Origin: Nemertoderma westbladi
Lineage: Eukaryota; Animalia; Xenacoelomorpha
DNA: 45,197 nucleotides
NCBI GenBank assembly: GCA_032718475.1
Contig: JAUCBJ010001708.1
Coordinates: forward strand, 1 to 45,197
Reading direction: 5' to 3'
The stretch's first letter is position 1. Every line of letters starts with the position of its first letter. The translations under genes and the position numbers were made by a program. Below are positions 29,743 through 40,938 of this stretch, in pieces. Below the pieces are notes generated by a model. It saw only the letters and a program-made list of their open reading frames with translations, did not search any database and had not been told where the DNA came from.

Positions 29743-32700
29743 ATGGGTGTCTGGCTTACTCAAGTGAAAGGACTTCTTCAACGAAACTTTTTAATAAAGA
29801 AAAGGAAATTTCATTCACAAACTGTTTGGGAATTCTTCGTTCCACTTTTTTACACAGGCTTCCTTATTGGATTGCGCGCGTTACTCGATCCCACAATTAA
29901 GCCGGCTATACCCGAATTCGGGGTTGTAAATCCATCAAATGATGAAACTGTAATAAAAGCGCTGGAGAATGTATTTACAAACAAGTCTGTTGCTATAATT
30001 CCAGATGAACTACTTTACAGGGACCTTGGAGATCATTTGAAGGACAGCATCTCAGCACTTACAAACATTAGTTTTTATGAGTCCATGGAACATTTTGATG
30101 GCTTATATAAAAAACATTACAACGAATTTGCTGCTACCCTTCTTTTTAAAAGTTCTCCTAATGATTGGAACTACACAATTCGATTGCCTTCTGCAAGTGT
30201 TCCAGATGCTGATCCAACCAAATCATTAACATATAGCAATGCATATTGTCGCAATGAATCCGGTACAGAAAGTGGTGCCAGTTGCCCAGCAAATAAATAT
30301 CTGTTAAGTGGTTTTGTGACCTTAATGACTGCCACTAACAAGTTCTTGCTGAGTCAATCTCTCACACCCGTAAGTAAATCAATGAGCCTTGACATGGTTG
30401 TCCAGATTATGTCCAAGCCAGAATATATGCCGTCCAGAATTGCCCTGGACATTATATCAGGTATATATTTCCCTATCATGTTCATTGTACTTGTAATGAT
30501 CCTTACTGTGAATGTTGTTTATGATAAAGAGAAAAAAATAAAAGAAAATATGCGGATTATGGGTCTCATTGATTCAGCCTATTGGATTTCCTGGTTAATA
30601 TTGTATGTTGGTTTACACACTTGCGCTGCTCTTATAATAGCTTGTCTAGGTTATATCGGTGGTGTATTTGACAACATCAATCTTTTTCTAGTTTTTCTCG
30701 GATTCTGGATATATGCGTTATCAACAATGGGATTGTCTTTTTTTATAGCAGCTTTTTTTGACAAAGCGAAAACATCGGCTTCTGTAGTTCAATTTATTAT
30801 GTCTATTGTATCTCCTGTATTTGTGGTTGTCCCTCTGCTAGGGTACTCTATTGGCTCTGCTGGACTGGTAGCCATGTGCTTAATTAGTCCCTGGGCTTTG
30901 GGAATGTTTATTGTATATTCTCAACAAGCCGCCATTTTCACTGCCAGTGGAAGCGTTTCATTTTACGATGTCTTTCATCCAATCGTCGACCTTCCCATAA
31001 CCCCAGGAATTTGTCTAATAATGTTATTTGTTGATACAATTATTTATCTTCTATTGGCCGTCTATACAGACCTGGTACTGCCTCGCCAATATGGGCGACA
31101 TCTGCACCCACTATTCTTCATTTACAGAGACTACTGGTGTCCAAGACAAAACAGTGACGTTTTTTCGACTGTGGAAGAGATTGAGGAAGCTAATGATGAT
31201 ATTGAAAAGGTGCCACAATCTTGGAGTAGTTTAAAAGCAATTCGAATTAGAAATCTCACTAAAACATTTAAAGGGAAAGATAAAGAAAAGATAATTGCTG
31301 TTAATAACTTTTCTCTGGATGTCTATGCGAACAATATTACTGCACTTATAGGTCACAATGGTGCTGGTAAATCAACCATCATCAATTGTATCACAGGAAT
31401 TTTAGCTCCAACTACCGGCTCTATAATTCTTGATAATGTTGATATTTCTTCATCAAAGGCACTTTTTCAGTTTCGTAAATTAGTTGGGATTTGTCCCCAA
31501 GATGATATATTATTAGATGATTTAACTGCTAAGGAGAACTTGTCTGTGTTCGCTTCTATCAAGGGGATAGTTGACATAGAACATGAAGTTAATCGGGTTT
31601 TAGAAGCGGTTGATTTGCTGGATAGTGGCGACAGACGAGCAAAACTTCTAAGTGGTGGACAGAAGCGTAAACTTTGTGTTGGAATGGCGATCATAGGTGA
31701 CCCAAAAGTTATCATCCTGGATGAGCCAACATCTGGTATGGACCCATTGTCTCGCAGAAGAATATGGAGTCTGTTGAAGAATTTGAAAAATGATCGAATC
31801 GTCCTATTGACAACCCAGTTTATGGATGAAGCAGATATTCTTGCTGATAGGAAATGTATGATAAGTCGTGGATCCTTGAAATGTTGTGGCTCTTCCTTGT
31901 TTCTGAAGAGTCGTTTTGGGGTTGGATACAGGTTGAGTTTTGTTATCAATTCGGAAGAAAGCAGCACTCAAATCCTTGAGTTTGTTAAAGGCCAGATTGC
32001 CACTGCAGAAATAAGTGAAATGCGGCAGACGCAACTCACTATAACTTTACCTTTTGATTCCATTGGTGACTTTCACAACTTATTCAATAGCCTCGAAAAT
32101 AATCAGGATATGATGAACAGTATTGGAGTCATTTCTTATGGAGTTTCTATGACAACTCTAGAGGAGGTCTTCCTTAAACTTGAAGAAGAAGAATTGGCCA
32201 TAGCTGAAGGAAATGAAGAGAATGCGATGGAAAAAAATAAAGTCAACGCTAATATCGCCGCTGAGACGCTAGTAGACTTAGGAGGTCGGCCTTCTAGGAA
32301 GGATCGCAGTCGTCTTGCATTCTATTCTCTTTGTCAATCACGTTTGCTGATGATCTGGAGACACAAACCGACCGTAGGAACTCGGGTACTTATTCCAATT
32401 CTTTATCTCCTAATTTCTATGTTTATGTTAAAGTTTTGGATCCCAACAAGTGATAATGAAACTGTGACAACATCGCTGTCATTGGTACCAAACCTCTACC
32501 CTTTTAAAGAAACTGAACCACTTTTAGCTATAGAAAAATACAGTGTAATAGATAACACCTTATTCAATGATTTAACATCTGTTATTAATGATGAAGGAGT
32601 TAACACCGAAATTGTGACAGATATTGAGAGCGGCTCTCTTTTAAACACAACAGATGAAGAATATTTCGCTTCTATCTTTAAGAGCATGACAAAAACCAGT

Positions 32701-34722
32701 ACTGCTCTCACAGCAGATTACCAATGTATATACAATGATACAGCTATCCACTCACTGCCCATAATAATTAACTTGCTGACCAACTCATTCTATAAGCTTC
32801 TTGATCCAAGCTCCACCAATAAGATAATCGTGAACTCTCACCCACTACCGAACTACTCGGACAGTCAACCAGGGGGTATAGGAGTAGTTATGTTTGGTCT
32901 AATGTTCTCCTTCACTTACATCATAATAGCATCAACATTCCCCACAGATTTAGTGAAAGACCGTATAAACAATATGCGTAGTCTATTGCGGACTAATTGT
33001 GTAGACAGCAAACTGTACTGGGGAAATCTTATGGTTATTGATTTTGCAAACCTATTTCTATTCTTCATTTTAACCTTAGTTTGTTTATTTGCCTTTGGGG
33101 TAGAGCAATTCACAACCGCTGGAGCTTTAGTCATATTCTGCTATACCTCCATTCTTTATATAGGTGTTATCATTCTTGTGGTGTACACTTTTTCATTTGC
33201 TTTTAACAATGTTGACAGTGTACAGATGTTGGGAGCTGCAATCATATTTGGTAATATGATACCTTATCTTGCTGTCACTTTGATAGATCAATACGCACCT
33301 ACATCTTATGACACGGTTGGAGTTATATTCCATTATATTTCCTTAGTGTTAATCCCTCCCTATTTCTTCGCAGGTACGATATACCACATAGATCGTTTAT
33401 ATCGTCACAACCCTGGACAGACACCCTCCTTTGGCTCTTACTTCGATCCCACGAACCACATTCTACCCGGCCTCATCACAGTATTCATTCATTTTATACT
33501 TTTCTCATTATTGTTGGTCTACTTAGACAGACGTCCAGAAGATAGCCAGAAATCCAAAAAGGGTAAATCTTACAATGTTTCGCCATCTCATCATAAAATA
33601 GACGAAGATGTTTCTAACGAAGCAAGTCGAGTTAATAAATTGTCAGCTGATGAATTTTCTTCTATTCCCATCGTTGTAAAATCGTTATGGAAAGAATATC
33701 TAACTGATAAAGCCGAGAAGGATTGGAAAGGAAAAGTTATTGTCCCAGATAAGTATAAGGTTGCCGTGAAAGATATTTCTTTTGCTGTTGATACGGGCGA
33801 ATTATTTGGTTTATTGGGTCCAAATGGTGCAGGGAAGAGCACAACAATGAATATAGTAGCACGCGAGGCCCATCCTTCTTCTGGTTCGGTCTATGTGGCT
33901 GGACACAATATGGAGACATTCGACTGGCGAGCATTCGAGTTGCTAGGTTACTGTCCCCAAGTTAATCCACTCTGGGATTTGCTGACTGCAAAGGAAATGC
34001 TTCTCTTGTTCTCAGCTGTTAATGGTACTGATGAATCTGTAGCGAAACGAATAGCAGATTACTTTATAAAGGCGCTCAATATGGTAGAACATGAGAATAA
34101 ATTCACCAAAGATTTGTCTGGGGGAACGAAACGCAAGTTGGTGTTCGCTCTGAGCTTGTTAGGCGACCCTAAGATTATATTATTGGACGAACCATCCACT
34201 GGTTTGGATCCAGAATCGAAAAGGAATTTATGGGGTGTTATAACAGACTGTGTAAAGGGTAGACGAGGGGCTATACTAACTACTCATTACATGGAAGAGG
34301 CGGAAGCCTTATGTTCTAGAATAGGGATTATGGTATCTGGTATGTTGAAGTGTATGGGATCGGTGCAACATCTCAAGGATAAGTATGGTTGTGGATATGT
34401 GCTGGAGATTAATATGAAGTCCGATGTTGAGAGTGAAGATAGCGAGGAGATGTTCAGTAAGATTAATAGCTCTGTTATTGGTGAGTTTGCTGAAGCAGCT
34501 GTGAATGAAAGATTCGGCCATCACGTGGAATACGCCATCCCACAAACCTCGGTGACTTCTCTTGCGAAACATTTTGCTTTCTTGGAAACCTTGAAGGCAG
34601 ATTTGGATGTTGTTGAATACAACCTTAGTCAGTGCACGTTGGAACAAGTTTTCTTACAGTTCGCTAAAGCCCAATTCCAAGAAGAAGTCGGTGCTGATAA
34701 CCCAATGTTTGTTGAGGTTTGA
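29743..34722 (+). CDS. ABCA5: Full-length intronless ABC transporter subfamily A (ABCA5-like)
   Basis: 1659-aa ORF with TMD-NBD-TMD-NBD layout. NBD1 motifs GHNGAGKST, LSGGQKRKL, ILDEPTSGMDP. NBD2 motifs GPNGAGKST, LSGGTKRKL, LLDEPSTGLDP. ABCA-typical TTLEEVFL and TLEQVFL. Paralog assignment is by eye. Confidence 0.95.
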   Translation: MGVWLTQVKGLLQRNFLIKKRKFHSQTVWEFFVPLFYTGFLIGLRALLDPTIKPAIPEFGVVNPSNDETVIKALENVFTNKSVAIIPDELLYRDLGDHLKDSISALTNISFYESMEHFDGLYKKHYNEFAATLLFKSSPNDWNYTIRLPSASVPDADPTKSLTYSNAYCRNESGTESGASCPANKYLLSGFVTLMTATNKFLLSQSLTPVSKSMSLDMVVQIMSKPEYMPSRIALDIISGIYFPIMFIVLVMILTVNVVYDKEKKIKENMRIMGLIDSAYWISWLILYVGLHTCAALIIACLGYIGGVFDNINLFLVFLGFWIYALSTMGLSFFIAAFFDKAKTSASVVQFIMSIVSPVFVVVPLLGYSIGSAGLVAMCLISPWALGMFIVYSQQAAIFTASGSVSFYDVFHPIVDLPITPGICLIMLFVDTIIYLLLAVYTDLVLPRQYGRHLHPLFFIYRDYWCPRQNSDVFSTVEEIEEANDDIEKVPQSWSSLKAIRIRNLTKTFKGKDKEKIIAVNNFSLDVYANNITALIGHNGAGKSTIINCITGILAPTTGSIILDNVDISSSKALFQFRKLVGICPQDDILLDDLTAKENLSVFASIKGIVDIEHEVNRVLEAVDLLDSGDRRAKLLSGGQKRKLCVGMAIIGDPKVIILDEPTSGMDPLSRRRIWSLLKNLKNDRIVLLTTQFMDEADILADRKCMISRGSLKCCGSSLFLKSRFGVGYRLSFVINSEESSTQILEFVKGQIATAEISEMRQTQLTITLPFDSIGDFHNLFNSLENNQDMMNSIGVISYGVSMTTLEEVFLKLEEEELAIAEGNEENAMEKNKVNANIAAETLVDLGGRPSRKDRSRLAFYSLCQSRLLMIWRHKPTVGTRVLIPILYLLISMFMLKFWIPTSDNETVTTSLSLVPNLYPFKETEPLLAIEKYSVIDNTLFNDLTSVINDEGVNTEIVTDIESGSLLNTTDEEYFASIFKSMTKTSTALTADYQCIYNDTAIHSLPIIINLLTNSFYKLLDPSSTNKIIVNSHPLPNYSDSQPGGIGVVMFGLMFSFTYIIIASTFPTDLVKDRINNMRSLLRTNCVDSKLYWGNLMVIDFANLFLFFILTLVCLFAFGVEQFTTAGALVIFCYTSILYIGVIILVVYTFSFAFNNVDSVQMLGAAIIFGNMIPYLAVTLIDQYAPTSYDTVGVIFHYISLVLIPPYFFAGTIYHIDRLYRHNPGQTPSFGSYFDPTNHILPGLITVFIHFILFSLLLVYLDRRPEDSQKSKKGKSYNVSPSHHKIDEDVSNEASRVNKLSADEFSSIPIVVKSLWKEYLTDKAEKDWKGKVIVPDKYKVAVKDISFAVDTGELFGLLGPNGAGKSTTMNIVAREAHPSSGSVYVAGHNMETFDWRAFELLGYCPQVNPLWDLLTAKEMLLLFSAVNGTDESVAKRIADYFIKALNMVEHENKFTKDLSGGTKRKLVFALSLLGDPKIILLDEPSTGLDPESKRNLWGVITDCVKGRRGAILTTHYMEEAEALCSRIGIMVSGMLKCMGSVQHLKDKYGCGYVLEINMKSDVESEDSEEMFSKINSSVIGEFAEAAVNERFGHHVEYAIPQTSVTSLAKHFAFLETLKADLDVVEYNLSQCTLEQVFLQFAKAQFQEEVGADNPMFVEV

Positions 34723-36000
34723 TCATTGGGTCTAGACGATTGCGCACTCAGGTATATCCTTTGGACAAACAATGACATTGATATAATAAAATCAAATACC
34801 AACAGACAGTTTAATGCTGATTTATAAAATAAAGATTCTATTAGAATCTTTATCTGAATAATAAAAAAAAAAATGTACCGGTAAATTAATAATTTTTAGA
34901 AAATAAAGTTCAGGATTATTGATCATCAGAAAAATCAAAAAGAGACATTCACCATATCTTAATCAGATCTTGAGTCCTTTGTTCCTTTGTGTGTCGCCCC
35001 TTACAGCTTATATACAATGTATCATTTATTTGAATGTTGTTGGCCTTCCCATCTGCGGTGTAACTGTTAATTTAGTATATGTAGAATTCGTAATTTGAAC
35101 TTTTACATAAATAGTCAATGTTGATTTGCTGCAAATTACTTTACTGTAATGGAACTAGAACGGAACTAACATTGTTCCGTTCTGGTAGTAAAACTAATAG
35201 AGGTGAAATTCAAAATTTATATTTTTCTATGTCATGAAAGGCAAAACAATTTAATTTTCGGTATATAAATAAGTTTATTTGTAATAATTGTTATAAATTA
35301 TTTAATGTAAAAATTGTTTATATAATGAAATAAGTGGGTTTGAGTACTTACTACAGTCTGATATTATTATGTAGTTTTTTTTAGAATGTTCAGGTTAACC
35401 GATAATGGTAATAAACCAACTTCCTCAAAAATATTGAAATATTCTAATAGAGTCTAAAAATATTAGAATATGTTTCTATAACCTGGAACATATTTGCCAT
35501 ATTTCAAAACGACTTAGGTGCCACTTAAAAGGGTATCCGTTACTCAGAGAAAAGGAATATTCCTGGACGACGGGTGGGGGGGGGGGGGGGGTGTACTATT
35601 ATTAGATTTAGTTTGTAGTAGATGATAACGTAAAAGTATGTATGATGTAATTTTACTACTTTGTCTTATGTGCTCATATTTTGCTCAATGTATATTTTGT
35701 TATATTATATTTCAACCTATTTTGCTGTATATAGCTTTTGTTAGAGTAGGGTGAAATATAATTGTATTACAACATGTGTTTTCTTTACCTTACCCATTTT
35801 TTCCCAACGAGACGTTCAACTGATAAACAGTCTCAGATACTTAATTATACTTCTGTAAATTTAATATTGTGATGTATAGTGGAATATGTGTATAAGTATG
35901 ATTTTGTGATTATAGTGGATATTTTAAATAATAATGTGTATTTCAATTTTACTGCTATTATATATAACGTTTAGTTATTGCTATTGCTTGCTACTCATAG

Positions 36001-36288
36001 TAAAGCACCATTTTCCTTAAAGCAAAAATAGTATAAAAATTCCTAAAAGTTAATTAATTTCAGGATTGTGTTTGTAAATATTCTAGAAAACATGATTAGG
36101 ATAACACATGGGTTTCTAGAATATTAATTTATACCATTTTATACTTTGAGGTATAAATGGATAATAATAATTGGATATAATTGGATAAATAATAATACAA
36201 TTGGATGACTTGAGGAATTTATCTATTATAACTTTTATAACTTTAGGAATTTATATATAACTTTTATTAACGAAATGGTGCATTATGT
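36001..36288. repeat. Degenerate inverted-repeat (MITE-like) element
   Basis: GCACCATTT...TATAAAAATTCCTAAA (about 36005-36048) is mirrored by TTTAGGAATTTATATA...AAATGGTGC (about 36242-36281). Confidence 0.45.
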
Positions 36289-36518
36289 AATTTAAATGTA
36301 ATCCAGCAATGTGCCGAAATTCTGCTCCTTTGTATTATATTTGTATTGTTAAATTTACTTAATTTTACGCTTGAACTCAGACCAGCGGTATATAAATGAA
36401 GCAAATATATTTACTGTTAAATTAATAGTTATAATCACGAAATTTTGAGTATTAAAACACGATAAGTAAATAAATAGAGAAAAAGTAAATTAACTTATGG
36501 TGTACCCCATGTAGCTTT

Positions 36519-37508
36519 GGATGTAGGACAATCCGGTCCCGGACAATTCGGTCCCGGACAATTCGGTCCGGACAATTCGGTCCGGACAATTCGGTCCGGA
36601 TAATTCGGTCCGGACAATTGGGTCCGGACAATTCGGTCCCGGACAATTCGTTCCCAAAACACCAAATAAATGGGACTGAATTATCCGGGACCGAATTGTC
36701 CTAGGACCGAATTGTCCTAGGACCGAATTGTCCGGTTCCCGATAGCAACCTTTTGGTGCGTTTTTGATATTGGTGTTTTTTACTAGCTAGAATTTTTCAA
36801 AATTTAAAAAATACTGTATTTTTTTTATTTTTGTTATTGGTAAGTGTTCGAGAATTTTATTATATATTATTTATTAAGGTGTAGCTAGTGTTTCTTTTAC
36901 TAGCTTAGCATTTTCTTGAAATTATAAAAAAACTTGTGAAAACATTGATATTTCAGAATTAGGCCTAAACAAAAACTGTTTCAGATTATATTAATAACCA
37001 AAAATATTGATGATATTATAACGGTACCTGTATGAGATCCAGCTATTATCTAGGATAATAATTTAGGCTTGTTAACCAAGCAACAACACATACAGTATAC
37101 ATGCGCAATATATAAAAAAATAAGTTTTAAACATTTTAAATACATACTATTACTAGTTAGTAAATATTTCACAAGCTCCATAAAAAAAAACACCATAGCT
37201 ACCATAACTAATAAGGTTAACAAAAAAAAGTAAAATTTTTTTATTTTCAAAAAAATACTACTTACTGTAGCTAGTAAATAGACACTAGCTAGTAGCTACC
37301 ATATAATAATATCTATTAAGGTTCTAGAAAATTCACCATTATATAGTACCAATTAAATTTGGTCCCAGACAATTCGGTCCCGGACAATTCGGTCCCATTA
37401 ATATGTATGTTTTGGGACCGAATTGTCCTTGTCAGTATCCGGACAATTCGGTCCCAAAACACAAAATTAATGGGACCGAATTGTCCGGGACCGAATTGTC
37501 CTGCTTCC
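36519..37508. mobile_element. Non-autonomous Mutator-like (MULE/Foldback) DNA transposon
   Basis: 9-bp TSD TGTAGCTTT (36510-36518, 37509-37517). Termini GGATGTAGGACAAT and ATTGTCCTGCTTCC. Subterminal arrays of 14-15-bp GGACAATTCGGTCC(C) in both orientations. Confidence 0.85.
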
Positions 37509-38398
37509 TGTAGCTTTGTTTCAAGATTTAGTAACATTCAGTTTAATATCTTAATCTGGTTTCAGGAATCCAATTTAGTGGCGGTTTTGCAAACTTTAAA
37601 TATTTTTTTGGTTCTCGATCTCGAGTTCTTGTATATATATCTCTTATATATATATAATACCTATATAGTAAAACTCTTCTTATATATAATATCTGGAAAT
37701 ATACCCACCCACCGATGATACAATTTATTAGCTACCACAGCATTCCACACACTTTAACGTTGGTACCGGTAATGATGTTAACAAATTTGGCGGCTATTTT
37801 TTTTATTATATTTTTAATTTTTGTAGTAACTTCTGTGCCATGTACTCTATTGCTGTACTTCTTTACCAATTATATATATATATTTACTACATGTTATTGG
37901 CCATTGGTGTGATTAGTGTTTAACCGGGATGTGTAATTTTACGTACAATTAATTACTATTACAATTGTTTAATTACTCTCAGTACTCAGTAATACAAGTA
38001 AATTATTTACAACAAAATTATTTTTTATTCATTCGTGCAGGCACGGTCAAGCCGGCATTTAATTAAATATCATCAATATATACAATTCTTTAAAACATAA
38101 TGCACATATGTATGTTAGCTAATAAGTACAAACAATACCAGTTGCAGTTAGGGGGGGGGGGGGGGGGGGACTGGACGCAATAACAATTCATCCCTCTCCA
38201 GGGGAAATTGGATGCAAATAAATACCAGATGATTACTCTCAAAAATAAAACTAATCTGTTCTATTGTGTTAAGTTTATTGTTTTGCTTAAAATAATGTGC
38301 CACTCTAACCTGCTCCTTTCCTTAAATTGAGAATTTAACATTGAGGCGAGATATTAATTCGCCAAGGTGGATTTTGCATCCAATTTTGGGTATAACTT

Positions 38399-38455
38399 TT
38401 CGCCGTATCCGTATGCATTTGCCGTATCCGTATGCATTTGCCGTATCCGTATGTA
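38399..38455. repeat. 19-bp tandem repeat GCCGTATCCGTATGCATTT, about 3 copies
   Basis: Seen directly. Lies in unrelated sequence abutting the truncated gag. Confidence 0.8.
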
Positions 38456-38529
38456 CATACGCGTATGTGCGTATGTAATGGATTCCGATGGAGAATGTTA
38501 TAATCGGGATAGCGAACATAAAGATAGAT

Positions 38530-40938
38530 AAATGTCCATAATCTCTGCAGTGATAACATTGTATTGTACTAGTGATACTATCACTACTAGCACCACGATT
38601 ACTAAATGTTCCAATATTGTTATTCACATTTGTATTGCCATTATTGCTGCTGTTATAATATGGCTTATGATATGGCTGCGGGGAATAGTTTCTAATGTCA
38701 TTTTGTCTCGGGGTTCCATTATAATAGTATGGTTTATCTTCTGTACGTTTTCGTATAGAATGAAGGAATGTTTCTAAATCACGAGCTAATACAGCTAATG
38801 TATTGATTTGTCGTAAAGCGTGGTATTTGTCATTTGATATATTTTGTTTCGTCTTTGAATTTATACCTTTGAGGAATGCTACACACATTGCCTGCTCAAC
38901 TTCCTTCTTATTCACATCACGAAGTATCGTCACTTCGGCAGGAGAATAACCATCAGACACCAACTGACGGCCACGTGCTGCCAACAATGCAGCACCACAT
39001 TTCTGAACGAAATCCATGAAATTGGTAATCGACTGGTCATGTCGCTGTTGAACACGGTTAAGTTTATCCAAAGCTTCTTGTGGAGATTCCTTTATTTCAA
39101 AATGATCTTTAAGACTTTTTGTGAATTCATCATATGTTATATTTGGTGTGTTAGTATAAAATTCTCTGGCGAGAGTACTAATTGTTGATCCTGTTTTTAA
39201 ACTATTAAGTACTTTACTTCAGGCCTCCCAGAGTTTCCTTTTTTCCTTTTTTTTCCTTTTTTTTAGAACGTTTCCTTTTTTTCCTTTTTTTTTAGAATTT
39301 TCAATTTTTTCCTTTTATTTTGTCCATTTTCACACCTTTTTTTCCTTTTTTTAGTTCAGAAAATAGCCTGCTGTAAGTTGTAACATCTATTCAGTACAAA
39401 GGCAGCGGGAGACAGATGGACTGGTCGTGCAGTTTAATCAATTACCGGTACTGTACCACTGTCTGACTGTAGTTCCATATATGACGATTTCAGTACTTAC
39501 TACTGTATATACTATCAGTATAGTTGTCCTTGGCTTGGTAGTAAACTAATAACAATGTACAGGACAAGTTATTTTCCTGCAATCATACTTAACGGTACCG
39601 GTACCAATGGAAACCATTAGATCCCAGCAATCATTGGCAGATAAACTGAAATTTCAGCTTGCTGCTGATATTGACAAGGTTATAACAGAGATTGACGGGC
39701 AGGGCATTTTTTATGCCAATTATATTTTGATTAGATATTTTTTTGACAAAAATCACAAGCTAAGCTACCATAAAAATGTAGCTGTGGAGAGAACTTTAAT
39801 ATATTTATTTCTGAGACAGAGGCTGTCTCTGTCTCAGAAAATATGTATATTAAAGTTCTCTCCGCAGCTACATTTTTAGCGTGTGATTTATTATAATTGA
39901 CGCAAAACCGCCTTGGTGAATCAACAATGATGATTTCAATTTAGGGAAAGGAACAGGTTGCAGTGGCAGTCTATTCTAACCAAAACAATAAATGAAAGCC
40001 TATAACACTGTTACAGTTTCATTTTTGCTCGCAATCGGCTGTTATTTGCGTCCATTTTCCCCTGGATATGGTTGAATTTTGATTGCGTCTAAAAGCATTT
40101 TTGTTATTTATATAAATGTAGCCACGACCGGAAATCCGTTCCAAAGGTTTTATATCACTTTCAAAGTAAAGTTATATTTACAATCATTTGATAAACCTCT
40201 ATCAATGACCATTCATTGGCCGAACTCAACCATCTCTGATAACTAGGCAAAAAAGGTGAAAATATCTGTATAATAATATTAATAATATTAATATATTAAC
40301 TATAATTAATATTAATTATATTGCCATTGCCGTTGTTCTCTTTCCTGCGTGTTTATATTTTTTAACTTTCTTTGATATCTTCCTGTCATTTAAAACAGGA
40401 CGTTTCTTTATGGGATTCTTCATAGTATAAACAGTAAGGTTAATGAAATAGAATCAAGAAACAGCACTAATGTTTACTAATGTAATAAATTAAATGTAGT
40501 AAATTACTAATGTAATAATGTTTACTATTACTTTTGTAAAGATAATAGCTATTCAGTTTTCCCCTTTTTTTTTAACTGTATCCGATCCTTTTTTTCCTTT
40601 TTTTTTATCTGCATCCGATCCTTTTTTTCCTTTTTTTTTGAAAATATTAAATCCTTTTTTCCTTTTTTTTCTCGATTTTTTTGGCTGGGAGGGCTGTTAC
40701 TTATTCTTTCTTTATCATTTAAGTAACCAGCTACATCTATATCTAATTCCGCATTTGCTAACCAAGTTGCAAATGAACCATCCTTGGAATTATCATAACG
40801 AGATATATTCAATGGACGACGTTTAAACTTGTTCTCTTGCTCATGTACCAACATTGTATCATTAACAGTAAATGTTCGATCAATATTTGGTACTGGAGAC
40901 TGTATACGTGTATAGGCCTTTGCTGTGAATTCCTCCAC
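38530..40938 (-). pseudogene. Gypsy-like retrotransposon gag relic, interrupted by a TIR element
   Basis: Removing 39220-40696 plus one TSD copy gives a continuous frame: ...YDNSKDGSFATWL...ERIS|KVLNSLKTG...TYDEFTKSLKDHF...LNRVQQRHDQSITNF...FLKGI...CYHCRDYGHLS. The zinc knuckle is cut before its last Cys. Confidence 0.78.
39220..40696. mobile_element. Non-autonomous TIR DNA transposon with 6-bp TSD (hAT-like termini)
   Basis: Termini CAGGCCTCCCAG and CTGGGAGGGCTG (11/12 inverted match). TTACTT duplicated at 39214-39219 and 40697-40702. Subterminal CCTTTTTTT repeats at both ends. Confidence 0.82.

Noticed and set aside
31028-34647. Short antisense and alternate-frame ORFs within the ABCA gene (similar ones overlap the MFS and RT genes)
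   Set aside because: These are shadow ORFs of long coding regions with no independent motifs.
35157-35183. 10-bp hairpin AGAACGGAAC/GTTCCGTTCT resembling a terminator or Helitron end
   Set aside because: The locus is eukaryotic, there is no U-tract, and no convincing Helitron boundary was found.
36452-37718. ORFs with ELSGPNCPDRI or PDNSV repeats
   Set aside because: These are translations of the MULE subterminal repeats.
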